Below, piece after piece: positions 31,774 through 41,358 of a stretch of DNA of 42,039 bases. The stretch is from a virus (Duplodnaviria > Heunggongvirae > Uroviricota > Caudoviricetes), in the IMG/VR virus record IMGVR_UViG_2737471829_000004; one strand, written 5' to 3'. The notes under the pieces are model-generated. The model was not told the origin of the DNA, did not search any database, and saw only the letters and a list, made by a program, of their open reading frames with translations. Position 1 is the stretch's first letter. Each line of letters starts with the position of its first letter. A program made the position numbers and the translations under genes.

Positions 31774-32306
31774 CACCCTATCAGACGGCCTTTCTGCAAT
31801 TACTGCCGTCAGGGCTTGCCTGGAATAAAAGCCCCGACAGCAAATTATCTGCGCTGGCGCAGGCCATCAGCGACGTGATTGCCACTGCGGCGGATGATGC
31901 GCGGCAAATGCTGCGGGAGCGTTTCCCGTCCACATCCCGCTGGTATCTGGGGGAGTGGGAATCATTTCTGGGGTTGCCGGACTGTACCAGCGAAAACGGC
32001 ACCTTGTCCGAACGCCAGCGGGCTGCCGCGAATAAAATGCGTATGACCGGCAATCTGAGTCGGCGCTTTTATGAATGGCTGGCTGCGCAGTACGGTTTTA
32101 CCGTCAGGCTGACGGATTCCACAGAAGGCCAGTGGGTTACGCAGGTCAATATTTACGGTATTAAAAATTATCGCAACGCAACGGTGCTGGATAATGTCCT
32201 GACGCCGTTACGTGTTTATGAATCGGGTGCGCTGGAATGTTTACTGGAGAAATATAAACCCGCGCATCAGATTTATAAATTTGTTTACCATGACGGAGAT
32301 AACTAA
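31764..32306 (+). CDS. Baseplate / tail-fibre attachment protein (Mu R-like)
   Basis: 180 aa, position directly before the tail fibre gene. Confidence 0.65.
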   Translation: MAVTPYQTAFLQLLPSGLAWNKSPDSKLSALAQAISDVIATAADDARQMLRERFPSTSRWYLGEWESFLGLPDCTSENGTLSERQRAAANKMRMTGNLSRRFYEWLAAQYGFTVRLTDSTEGQWVTQVNIYGIKNYRNATVLDNVLTPLRVYESGALECLLEKYKPAHQIYKFVYHDGDN

Positions 32307-33661
32307 TGTTTTATATTGATAACGACAGCGGCGTAACCGTCATGCCGCCCGTATCCGCCCAGCGTAGTGCTATCGTTCGCTGGTTTTCAGAAGGTGACGG
32401 GAATAATGTTATCACATGGCCCGGCATGGACTGGTTTAATATTGTTCAGGCGGAGTTATTAAACACGCTGGAAGAAGCTGGTATTCAACCGGATAAAACA
32501 AAATTAAACCAGCTTGCACTGTCCATTAAAGCCATTATGAGCAATAACGCGCTGCTGATAAAAAATAACCTCAGCGAAATTAAAACTGCCGGGGCATCAG
32601 CACAGCGTACAGCACGTGAAAATCTGGATATCTATGATGCCAGCCTGAACAAAAAAGGACTCGTTCAGCTAACCAGTGCCACTGACAGCCCCAGTGAAAC
32701 GCTGGCAGCCACCGCAAAAGCGGTGAAAATTGCGATGGATAATGCCAATGCCCGTCTGGCAAAAGACCGGAACGGAGCAGATATTCCCAATAAGCCGCTG
32801 TTTATCCAAAACCTCGGTTTACAGGAAACGGTAAACAAGGCTGGTAACGCTGTTCAGCGTTCTGGCGATACAATGACCGGAAAACTGAATCTACCACAGA
32901 CATCTGCATTCGGCGTTAATACCGATAATGCACTGGGTGGTAATTCCATTACTCTCGGAGATAACGACACCGGTATTAAACAGGGCGGCGATGGTGTCCT
33001 TTTATTCTATTTAAATGGACAACTGATATTTGGGCTTCAACCCACATCCGCTGATTTTTATAAGCGAGTTGCCTACATTCATCAGGGAGTAGCTCCAGAT
33101 GGGAGTGGCGCATTTGCAGACCAGTTAAATAATGCCACCGCGCCTTTTGTTCAGACGCAGTTTGCCTGGAATCCCACTCCTGGCGGTCATTACGTACCGA
33201 TAGCTAAGGGCTTGTCCATTCGCAATGGACAGGGGTATCCAGGTGCGGTCAGCTTTGGTTATTTACTAACTGAACAAATGGGATTTCCCATACCATGCAT
33301 TCATATGCGTGGAGATTACGGAGCTGATGCTTTGTGGCAGTTTAACCCGAACGATAAATCTTTTATTTCACCGGGTGCTCTTGTTGCGGGTGGCATCCGT
33401 TATAACACCGATGGAAATATATTTGGCGGGTGTTGGGGTTCAAATTTAGCTGATTATCTCAATAGCACATATGTAAGAGACATTCGACTTGGTAGCGCAG
33501 AATCAATATCAGCATGGCGAGGCCCTGGTTACTGGGATACTTCTGGATATGTTCTGACCGCAGCCGGAAACAGCAACACCGATGAATTTATTGATACATT
33601 AACCAGAAGGCCTATTCAGAAGTTGATTGGTGGGACATATTATAACGTTGTGAGTATTTGA
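32306..33661 (+). CDS. S: Tail fibre protein S (constant part fused to the variable part in the current G orientation)
   Basis: 451 aa; the reading frame runs through the left gix site at about codon 165; the variable part shares motifs with S' (NALGG.SI.LGDNDTG.KQ.GDG). Confidence 0.85.
   Translation: MFYIDNDSGVTVMPPVSAQRSAIVRWFSEGDGNNVITWPGMDWFNIVQAELLNTLEEAGIQPDKTKLNQLALSIKAIMSNNALLIKNNLSEIKTAGASAQRTARENLDIYDASLNKKGLVQLTSATDSPSETLAATAKAVKIAMDNANARLAKDRNGADIPNKPLFIQNLGLQETVNKAGNAVQRSGDTMTGKLNLPQTSAFGVNTDNALGGNSITLGDNDTGIKQGGDGVLLFYLNGQLIFGLQPTSADFYKRVAYIHQGVAPDGSGAFADQLNNATAPFVQTQFAWNPTPGGHYVPIAKGLSIRNGQGYPGAVSFGYLLTEQMGFPIPCIHMRGDYGADALWQFNPNDKSFISPGALVAGGIRYNTDGNIFGGCWGSNLADYLNSTYVRDIRLGSAESISAWRGPGYWDTSGYVLTAAGNSNTDEFIDTLTRRPIQKLIGGTYYNVVSI
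32801..32826. repeat. gix recombination site (left), inside S
   Basis: ttatccaaaacctcggtttacaggaa; its inverted partner at about 35635-35660 is identical in 25 of 26 positions. Confidence 0.85.
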
Positions 33662-33662
33662 C

Positions 33663-34190
33663 ATGATGCATTTAAAAAACATTAAAGCAGGGAACCCAAA
33701 AACACCTGAACAATACCAGTTAACCAAAAAAGCTGGAGTGGTCTGGCTTTATACTGAAGATGGTAAAAACTGGTACGAAGAACAAAAAAACTTTCAACCA
33801 GATACTATAAAAATTGCATACGATAAAAATAATGTGATTGTTACCGTAAGCAAAGATGTTTCAACGATTAACCCGGAAGGTTTAAGTGTTGTTGAAGTAT
33901 CCGATATTACGGCAAATCGTCGCGCAGACAATAACGGAAACTGGATGTTTCTGGATGGTAAAGTAGTAAAGCGGGAATATACAAAACAGGAGCTGCAACA
34001 GCAGGCAGAGTTACAAAAATCCGCTTTGCTTTCCGAAGCGGAGTCTGTGATTCAACCGCTGGAACGTGCTGTCAGGCTGAATATGGCAACTAATGAGGAA
34101 CGCGCACGACTGGAGTCATGGGAACGCTACAGTGTTCTGGTCAGCCGTGTGGATACGGCAAATCCTGAATGGCCACAAAAGCCTGAATAA
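33663..34190 (+). CDS. U: Tail fibre assembly protein U
   Basis: 175 aa beginning [23 protein letters not shown], paralogous to U' on the opposite strand. Confidence 0.85.
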   Translation: MMHLKNIKAGNPKTPEQYQLTKKAGVVWLYTEDGKNWYEEQKNFQPDTIKIAYDKNNVIVTVSKDVSTINPEGLSVVEVSDITANRRADNNGNWMFLDGKVVKREYTKQELQQQAELQKSALLSEAESVIQPLERAVRLNMATNEERARLESWERYSVLVSRVDTANPEWPQKPE

Positions 34191-34218
34191 AAATTAAGGC
34201 CCGATAGCGGGCCTTGTC

Positions 34219-34752
34219 TCATTCTGGTTGTTCCGGGAATGTTACAGGAAGAACAGAGGTATCTGTGGCATCAACCTGCTGCATGTATAACATCCAGTTA
34301 ATGAGTCTTTGCCTGTCTGAATCGCTGATAATTCCCAGCGCAAGCTGTGTTTGCCAGCACTGCGTTTCCTCTCTGGCCTGTCGCAGCAAAATCTGTTTCT
34401 GAATTTCAGCCAGTTGACGTAGTTCTTCATCAGTCCGGGGGCGTTTCATGACCTTGCCATCCTGAAACACCCAGTCACCGAGAATATCGGCCCGGCGATT
34501 CGCTGTCGTGTCGGGTAATTCGACAACGCTCATTCCTTCCGGGTTAATAGACGACACATCTTTTTCAATATAGCGAATGATACCTCTGTCATCGTAAGCG
34601 ATTTTTAGTGTGTCTGCCTGAAAGGCTTTTTGTGCCTCATACCAGTTCTGACCATCTTCAGCGTAAAGCCAGATAACACCATGTCTCTTTGTTAACTCAT
34701 ACTGTTCCAGTGTTTTAGCATTACCCGCTTTTATGTTCTTTAAGTGCATCAT
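34219..34752 (-). CDS. U': Alternative tail fibre assembly protein U'
   Basis: 177 aa beginning [25 protein letters not shown], paralog of U in inverted orientation. Confidence 0.85.
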   Translation of the reverse strand: MMHLKNIKAGNAKTLEQYELTKRHGVIWLYAEDGQNWYEAQKAFQADTLKIAYDDRGIIRYIEKDVSSINPEGMSVVELPDTTANRRADILGDWVFQDGKVMKRPRTDEELRQLAEIQKQILLRQAREETQCWQTQLALGIISDSDRQRLINWMLYMQQVDATDTSVLPVTFPEQPE

Positions 34753-34753
34753 A

Positions 34754-35634
34754 TTAAACGCTCGCTACATTATACCAGGTGCCATTTATATACTTTTGAA
34801 CGGGTCTGTAATAAACGCCCGCTATATTATCGGCAGAGTTGGACCCTGTATCCTGAACATTAATACCAGACAATACATGACCTGACGGGCACTTGAAATT
34901 CCATGTTTGCCAGTTGTTCACACCATGATATTGCTGTGAACCAAGACGAACATCTTTTACGTATCGGGAATCAAAGTTACTCCAGTTACTTGGTTGTATG
35001 TGACCGTTTACAGCAAATATCACCGAATTATCTGTATTTCGCTGACTATAGAAATGCCAGCCTGAATCATCACCAAGCTCTGCAACAGTTGGTCTTGATG
35101 AAGTGCCCCATAAATTAAAACCTACGTTTTTCGTGGAGTTGTTGGAGCTGGATAGCGTGAATTTTTTACCATCCCCGGCCTGAACGTTTTTAAAAGCAAT
35201 AGCAACTCCATTCTGAAAGCGGAATACTCGCTGACTATTAGCGTAAACATCCAGAATACCGTCTCCATTCTGTTTAAATCCGGTATCATTATCACCAAGA
35301 ACAATAGAGCTACCACCTAACGCATTCGTCGTACCAACTCCAAGGCTGCCATTAATGACGGCATTAACAAGAATATTTAGTGCATCCCATTTCAGCGTCA
35401 TCAGGTCTTTTGTTGTGGTGCTTTGTTTGCTTCTCCATTTGAAATATTCATTGCCGTTGTCGCCTGTTTCAAACCACATGTATGAATCAGTGTCACCATC
35501 GGCATCATTTTTAAATCCAATCTTCGCCCAGTCAGTATTTCGAATCCAGGCAAGGATTGAGTCATTTTCAAAAGTAAGCCCACCGGACAAAGTATCGCCA
35601 TTTTTTTGCACGGCATTACCAGCCCTGTTTACCG
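34754..35634 (-). CDS. S': Alternative tail fibre variable part S' (no independent start; expressed only after G inversion)
   Basis: Open frame from the right gix site to 34754; upstream sequence ..[20 protein letters not shown].. parallels the S junction ..[20 protein letters not shown]... Confidence 0.8.
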
Positions 35635-35660
35635 TTTCCTGTAAACCGAGGTTTTAGATA
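35635..35660. repeat. gix recombination site (right)
   Basis: ttcctgtaaaccgaggttttagataa, inverted copy of the left gix. Confidence 0.85.
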
Positions 35661-35715
35661 ATGGCCGTTTCCGGCCTGCATGGCATGATTTGCGATTTTG
35701 GACGGGAGATTCAGC

Positions 35716-36297
35716 GTGCTGATTGGCTATGTAAGGGTATCAACAAATGACCAGAATACAGACCTGCAACGAAACGCTCTTGTTTGTGCAGGATGTGAAC
35801 AAATATTTGAAGATAAATTAAGCGGAACAAGGACAGACAGACCTGGATTAAAGCGCGCTTTAAAGCGTCTTCAAAAAGGTGACACACTGGTTGTCTGGAA
35901 ACTGGATCGCCTCGGGCGAAGCATGAAACATCTGATTTCTCTCGTCGGAGAACTAAGGGAGCGAGGGATTAATTTTCGCAGCCTTACTGACAGTATTGAT
36001 ACGTCATCCCCAATGGGGCGTTTTTTCTTCCACGTTATGGGTGCCCTGGCTGAAATGGAACGAGAACTAATCATCGAGCGAACGATGGCTGGACTTGCTG
36101 CCGCCAGAAATAAAGGCCGTATTGGTGGGCGACCACCTAAACTAACCAAAGCGGAATGGGAGCAGGCCGGGCGTTTATTAGCACAAGGAATCCCCCGCAA
36201 GCAGGTTGCATTGATCTACGATGTGGCCCTGTCAACTCTGTATAAAAAACACCCCGCGAAACGAGCGCATATAGAAAACGACGATCGAATCAATTAA
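35716..36297 (+). CDS. gin: Gin serine DNA invertase
   Basis: 193 aa from a GTG start (MLIGYVRVSTNDQ...); resolvase/invertase catalytic N-terminus with serine and C-terminal HTH. The track ORF starts 18 nt upstream at a TTG. Confidence 0.9.
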   Translation: MLIGYVRVSTNDQNTDLQRNALVCAGCEQIFEDKLSGTRTDRPGLKRALKRLQKGDTLVVWKLDRLGRSMKHLISLVGELRERGINFRSLTDSIDTSSPMGRFFFHVMGALAEMERELIIERTMAGLAAARNKGRIGGRPPKLTKAEWEQAGRLLAQGIPRKQVALIYDVALSTLYKKHPAKRAHIENDDRIN

Positions 36298-36320
36298 ATC
36301 GATCGGTAATACAGATCGAT
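36280..36320. promoter_or_regulatory. GATC cluster upstream of com-mom (methylation-dependent control region)
   Basis: Three GATC sites within about 40 bp (acGATCgaat, aaatcGATCgg, caGATCgatt) just upstream of the com-mom operon. Confidence 0.5.
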
Positions 36321-36391
36321 TATGCCCCAATAACCACACTCAACCCATGATGTTTTTTAAGATAGTGGCGAATTGATGCAAAGGAGGTGAG

Positions 36392-36580
36392 ATGAAATCA
36401 ATTCGCTGTAAAAACTGCAACAAACTGTTATTTAAGGCGGATTCCTTTGATCACATTGAAATCAGGTGTCCGCGTTGCAAACGTCACATCATAATGCTGA
36501 ATGCCTGCGAGCATCCCACGGAGAAACATTGTGGGAAAAGAGAAAAAATCACGCATTCTGACGAAACCGTGCGTTATTGA
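36392..36580 (+). CDS. com: Com, zinc-finger translational activator of mom
   Basis: 62 aa with CxxC...CxxC (CKNCNK...CPRCKRH); overlaps the 5' end of mom. Confidence 0.85.
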   Translation: MKSIRCKNCNKLLFKADSFDHIEIRCPRCKRHIIMLNACEHPTEKHCGKREKITHSDETVRY

Positions 36581-37247
36581 GTATGAAGGCCAGATTGTTG
36601 GCTATGGTTCAAAGGAGCTGCGCGTTGAAACCATATCCTGCTGGCTGGCCCGCACAATTATTCAGACAAAGCACTATTCCCGCCGTTTTGTGAATAACTC
36701 TTACCTCCACCTGGGAGTGTTCAGCGGACGCGATCTGGTTGGCGTTCTCCAGTGGGGATATGCCCTTAACCCCAACTCAGGTCGTCGTGTCGTGCTTGAA
36801 ACGGATAACCGGGGCTATATGGAGTTGAATCGCATGTGGCTACACGACGACATGCCCCGCAACTCTGAATCACGGGCCATCAGCTACGCGCTGAAAGTTA
36901 TCAGATTACTGTATCCGTCAGTGGAGTGGGTTCAGTCCTTTGCTGACGAACGCTGCGGACGCGCAGGCGTTGTGTATCAGGCGTCGAATTTTGATTTTAT
37001 TGGCAGCCATGAAAGCACGTTCTACGAGCTGGATGGTGAGTGGTATCACGAGATAACGATGAACGCAATTAAGCGCGGTGGACAACGAGGCGTGTATTTA
37101 CGGGCTAATAAAGAGCGTGCCGTGGTGCACAAATTTAATCAGTATCGCTACATCAGGTTCCTGAACAAGCGAGCAAGGAAGCGACTAAATACTAATCTAT
37201 TCAGGATCCAACCATATCCAAAATCAACTCTGACTAGTATCAAATAA
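36501..37247 (+). CDS. mom: Mom, DNA adenine modification enzyme (anti-restriction)
   Basis: Sequence from [33 protein letters not shown] onward recognised as Mu Mom; last gene before the right end. The true start codon is uncertain. Confidence 0.85.
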   Translation: MPASIPRRNIVGKEKKSRILTKPCVIEYEGQIVGYGSKELRVETISCWLARTIIQTKHYSRRFVNNSYLHLGVFSGRDLVGVLQWGYALNPNSGRRVVLETDNRGYMELNRMWLHDDMPRNSESRAISYALKVIRLLYPSVEWVQSFADERCGRAGVVYQASNFDFIGSHESTFYELDGEWYHEITMNAIKRGGQRGVYLRANKERAVVHKFNQYRYIRFLNKRARKRLNTNLFRIQPYPKSTLTSIK

Positions 37248-37306
37248 CTTATTTATTCCTGCTGAAAAGCAGCTCCTCATGGCATAAAATTGTTCACGTG
37301 AGTTTA

Positions 37307-37344
37307 AAATGACCAAATGGCAGTACAGTATTTGGTCATTTTAT
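37307..37344 (+). terminator. Hairpin downstream of mom
   Basis: 12-bp inverted repeat aaaatgaccaaa...tttggtcatttt with a large loop, followed by T residues. Confidence 0.45.
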
Positions 37345-37376
37345 GGGGTGAATTTTAAAGTCAAAACGATGGTAAG

Positions 37377-37718
37377 GTGCATATGAAAAAAATACTCATA
37401 GCAGTACTACTTTGCTTTGGTGTTCTTTCTGCTAATCAGGCAATAGCGGCTGTTACCTTAAGCGGTAAGTATCCTGCATGCATATCTGCTAATGAATTCG
37501 AGCGATTAAGCTCAATTTTGCAACACGAAGATCAAGAGGCGTTTGAAGAGATCTTTAAGACATCATGCTTTATGCCTAAAAAGGGGGTTAAAGTTGATAA
37601 AGTTGTTTCTATGGGGTGGACCAGTGGAGTTGCGCATGTCAAAGTTTATGTAAAAGGCAATCTTTACGATCTTTGGACTAACACCGAAAATCTTCAGTCC
37701 GAGAAGGCTGGTAAATAA
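37377..37718 (+). CDS. Small secreted protein of unknown function (cargo/moron candidate)
   Basis: 113 aa; signal peptide MKKILIAVLLCFGVLSANQAIA-AV; RBS aaggtg 5 nt upstream; locally AT-rich; lies inside the prophage between mom and attR. Confidence 0.5.
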   Translation: MHMKKILIAVLLCFGVLSANQAIAAVTLSGKYPACISANEFERLSSILQHEDQEAFEEIFKTSCFMPKKGVKVDKVVSMGWTSGVAHVKVYVKGNLYDLWTNTENLQSEKAGK

Positions 37719-37899
37719 CGCTGTAATCAACGTGTAATCACATCTCCTACCAGCTATCGCCTGATAAAGTTAGGTGATAGCTATTTCAATACTCTCTAGT
37801 TTCACTGAAAGCACGAAACTTAATACCTCCATTCCAGATTGCTTAATAATCGAGCATTTTTATCTTGAATGTTTTTGCGCGCTTTATCAGCCATACCCT

Positions 37900-38020
37900 A
37901 AGTGATCCCCATGTAATGAATAAAAAGCAGTAATTAATACTGCTGTTTCATTTGAAGCGCGAAAGCTAAAGTTTTCGCATTTATCGTGAAACGCTTTCGC
38001 GTTTTTCGTGCGCCGCTTCA
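37900..38020. promoter_or_regulatory. attR region with transposase-binding end sites (R1-R3-like)
   Basis: tgaagcgcgaaagctaaag, cgtgaaacgctttcgcg and the terminal ..tttttcgtgcgccgcttca match the recalled Mu right end. Confidence 0.7.
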
Positions 38021-38025
38021 CATGC
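38021..38025. repeat. Target-site duplication, right copy (CATGC)
   Basis: Identical to 919-923. Confidence 0.8.
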
Positions 38026-40850
38026 TCTTCCGTCACCCGGCCGCAGTTATCCAGAACATAAAGATATGATTCACCCTGCGGGTTAATGACTTCTGTCAGT
38101 TGCAGCGTGTCTTTATCGTAGCGGTACTGCCAGCGGTGGCCTTCACCGTCCGTTCGCGCCACCGGCAAATCGAACGGGCCGTACTCCATTGTCCAGACAA
38201 CACCATTGCCGTCCGTGTACGCCAGCAGGTTGCCGTGGCGGTCATAGCGAAATCCTTCCGCGCCGGTTCCAGCACGTTCAATGCCGCTCAGTTTATGGTG
38301 CTGCTGCCACTGTAACCGCACTGACTGACCGCCGGGGCCGCGCATCTTCACCGGCAGGTCGTGACCGCTGTATTCGGTGTGGTGTTCACGGCCCATCACG
38401 TCGGTGAGTGTTTCCGGCCGGTTGTGGTGGTCGTACTCTATGCCCAGACGCCGTTCATCCTGGCGGAATATTCCCGACAACAGCCCCTGAGCGGTGTACG
38501 CCAGCCGGGTCTCTTCGCCCTGTGGCGACACCAGGCTTACCGGCAGGCCGCGTTCATCGCACAGCTGTGTCCACGTCTGCCCGGCAGGGTCGGTGATGTT
38601 GCTGAACAGGCCGTGCTCATCATAGCGGTACAACCACTCCGCGCCGTCTGCCGCCGTGTAACGGCTTAACTGACCGTGTGCGGCGTTGTATTCAAACTTC
38701 TCCACCCGCCCGGCAGGGGAGTGGCGGGCCAGCAGGTGATGGAATTCATCCCATTCATACGTGGTGGTGCTGCCGTCCGGCGCTTCTTCCCGCAGAATAT
38801 TGCCGTCAGGATCATAGTAATAACGGTGAATGCCCTTGCCGTCCGTCACGGTGGTGCAGCCGTCACCATAGTCCAGCGTGGCGTTGTAATAGCCCTCCGC
38901 CCCGGTGACATTCACGCACCGGCCCTGTGCATCGTAGGTGAAACGGCTCCACGTCTGGTCGTTATCGGACCAGCGGATGATCCGGTCCGCAGCGTCGTAC
39001 TCATAAAACAGGTGGTAGTCCAGCCGCGCATCCGCTTCTGTCAGCCGCCCCCGCGCATCCTGTTCGTAGGTCGCCAGCGTCTGTATGCCGTTATCCGTGC
39101 GGTGAATGGCTTTCAGGTAGCCGCTGGCATGGTACGTCAGTTTAAGCCGGATCCCGTCGGTGTGACTGACACCCGTGATCCGGTACTGGCTGTCGCGCTC
39201 AAACGTGATGCGGTTGCTGGCGGTGTCACTCATCCCGCCCAGCATATACATCCGGTCACCGGGGCTGTGTGCCAGGCGGTCATCGCTGGTATCGTCAGTC
39301 ACCGGGTGGCGCAGACGCATTCCCGGAAAGGCGTCATAAAAGAAGCGGCTGCTCAGGGCATCACGGTCGAACAGCTCCAGGTAATCATCACGGCGGCGCA
39401 GGATGTACTGGGCGTGATACGGGTTAACCGCCGTATCACTTTCACCGTCGAAGGCGAAGTTCAGCGTGGCTCCCAGGCTGATGATATCCACCCGGTTTCC
39501 CTGTTCACGCACCCAGGCGTATTCGCTCCAGGAGTCGCTCCAGCCCACGCCGGTCAGGCCATGCAGCGGCAGTACAGAACTGTGGAAACGGGTGAAGGAG
39601 AGGGGGAGTGTCTGGCCCAGGGTGAAGTCGGTACGTTCGTCGCAGTACGCGCCGGTTACCGGATCGACAGGATCTGTTACCCATCTGATGACTTTATTGG
39701 CAATACTTTTTAACGACTTACCTGTTTTCCCCAGCAACGCGCCGAGCTTTGCCCCCAGCAGCTTCCCGCTTTTCCCCAGCAGGTTCCCCAGTTTGCCGAG
39801 TCTCGCCAGATTCTTCAGTTTTCCCAGCAGTCCCGCTGGCGGCAGAAGATAGCTGGCTATCGTTATTCCCCCCAGGATCATTCTCTGCCACGGCGGGAAC
39901 TCCGGCTGGATATCCAGATAGGTCACCTGCTCACCGCTAATAAAGACGTCCGGCGAACCTCCCACGATTGCTGCGCTGCACTCCAGTTTGTCGCCCTGGC
40001 GTGCGGCAGGCTGATTGTTGATAAAGACGTTGCTGCTGCCCTGGGCTATCCTCGGTGGTTTGTTCTCCTTGTCGCAGAGCGCCGTGTCCTCACCGGCTTC
40101 CGGGAAATCCACATCTTTTTTGATTTCGCCACGCCCGCCCACCATGGTGGCAAACTCCATTAATACCGGACCGGCGGGAAACAGAAGCGATGCGCCGGCG
40201 CTGACGCGATCCATAAAACCGGCATTGCTGTCCGTCAGGGTGATAACAGCGTTCCCCCAGGCCTTCGCCAGTGGTACTGCTTTTTCCGCTGCCGATTCAA
40301 GCAGGTCAGTGGCAATATCACCCCATGAGGGTTCCCCCTGTGGGACTTCAGGTATTGCTCCAGGTGGGGGAGGAGGGGGAAGGGTGACGGCGGCCCTGGC
40401 AGCGGGCTTTCCGTTAATTTTTACGTTTTCAGAACCGGTATTGATGGCGCCGTCCGTGTCACAAAAACTGTTTATCCATGACTCAAGCTGGTTCTGTTTC
40501 TCCTCCACATAATCACTCGCCTTATAGCTGGCATACATCAGCGCAGGCACCAGAACCAGCGCATAAGGGCCGGTGGCACAGGCGGCCATAATCAGGCAAC
40601 CTTCTGCGATGGTCACTATCGCCCCCAGCACGGCCCCTGCCAGCGCCCCCAAAAAACTCTTGTGCTGAATTTCATCGCCCAGCCTGGCGGCGGGGGGGCC
40701 AGACTTTTTTGATGCCAGCATCTGTGCAATGGCTTTGTCGTTGGCTGCCCGTTTCATCTGGCTGGCGACCATCGCCTGCTGTGACAGCATTCGCATTGCC
40801 AGCGTACCGCCTGCGGTCGCTCCCTGTGGCCCGCCTGGTCCTTCACTCAT
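38021..40850 (-). CDS. prePAAR-TM-PAAR-Rhs T6SS effector, 5' portion (943 codons), interrupted by the prophage
   Basis: N-terminal AARLGDEIQH (prePAAR motif AARxxDxxxH), hydrophobic helices (FLGALAGAVLGAIVTIAEGCLIMAACATGPYALVLVPALMY), PAAR-like motifs (VKINGKPAARAAV, VFINNQPAARQGD) and many YD repeats. The track ORF continues to 37887 by reading about 44 codons into the Mu right end. Confidence 0.8.
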
Positions 40851-40869
40851 GTGTTATCCCTCGTTTATG

Positions 40870-41331
40870 TCAGCGCGGCTGGTCCTTTTGGATGTCATTC
40901 TCCGGTGGCAACGGGGTGAAGCTCTTTATCACCTCCAGCAGCATCGTCTTTTGACTGTTCTTCAGGGATAAGGAGGTGCTGAAAGTGAAGGTCAGCAGCG
41001 TATCTCCACGCCGCTGGAATACGGCTATCTGGCTAATCCGCCCCTGATTCCCCTCATCTTCCGGACCGTTCCAGGAATAATCCAGCAGCCAGGCCGGGGC
41101 CTCTGCCAGAGTGATTTCCCGGCAGGCATGTTCGGTGTACCCATCAAGTTTGCCCTGGTACAGCGCCAGCGTTTCCTGGTACAGCTCTGGTGTCAGGGTT
41201 CCCTGTGGAACGGCTTCGCGGGTAATGACCAGGTTGATGCCACTGTTATCTGTGGACACCAGGACCTGCATTGACTGATCCTGCCATTGAGACGGCAGTT
41301 GAATGTGGCCTTCATTAAAAGTGAACTGCAT
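40870..41331 (-). CDS. DUF1795-family (Eag-type) chaperone for the prePAAR effector
   Basis: 153-aa ORF between vgrG and the rhs effector; sequence resembles DUF1795 proteins; the gene order is the canonical vgrG-eag-rhs arrangement. Confidence 0.7.
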   Translation of the reverse strand: MQFTFNEGHIQLPSQWQDQSMQVLVSTDNSGINLVITREAVPQGTLTPELYQETLALYQGKLDGYTEHACREITLAEAPAWLLDYSWNGPEDEGNQGRISQIAVFQRRGDTLLTFTFSTSLSLKNSQKTMLLEVIKSFTPLPPENDIQKDQPR

Positions 41332-41358
41332 AAAATACTCCCTGATAATCTGAGTGAA

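Larger units (their letters stand above)
32801..35660. other. Invertible G segment (~2.9 kb) carrying alternative tail-fibre gene sets
   Basis: Bounded by inverted 26-bp gix sites; contains the S variable part and U on the plus strand and U' and the S' variable part on the minus strand; gin lies immediately outside. Confidence 0.9.
924..38020. mobile_element. Mu/D108-like transposable prophage, apparently complete (~37.1 kb)
   Basis: Left end TGTATTGATTCACTTGAAGTACGAAAAAAAACC and right end ...CGTTTTTCGTGCGCCGCTTCA match recalled Mu termini (5'-TG...CA-3'). Full Mu gene order is present between them, with a 5-bp flanking direct repeat. Confidence 0.95.

Noticed and set aside
37887-38020. The last ~44 codons of the 987-aa Rhs ORF (…VKRRTKNAKAFHDKCENF…) as a genuine Rhs C-terminus
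   Set aside because: This segment is the Mu right end read on the minus strand; it is a read-through tail created by the insertion, not host protein sequence.
38096-39940. Plus-strand ORFs (up to 345 aa) overlapping the rhs gene
   Set aside because: Antisense shadow ORFs of the GC-rich rhs coding strand with repetitive, Arg/Val/Gly-rich translations and no RBS context.
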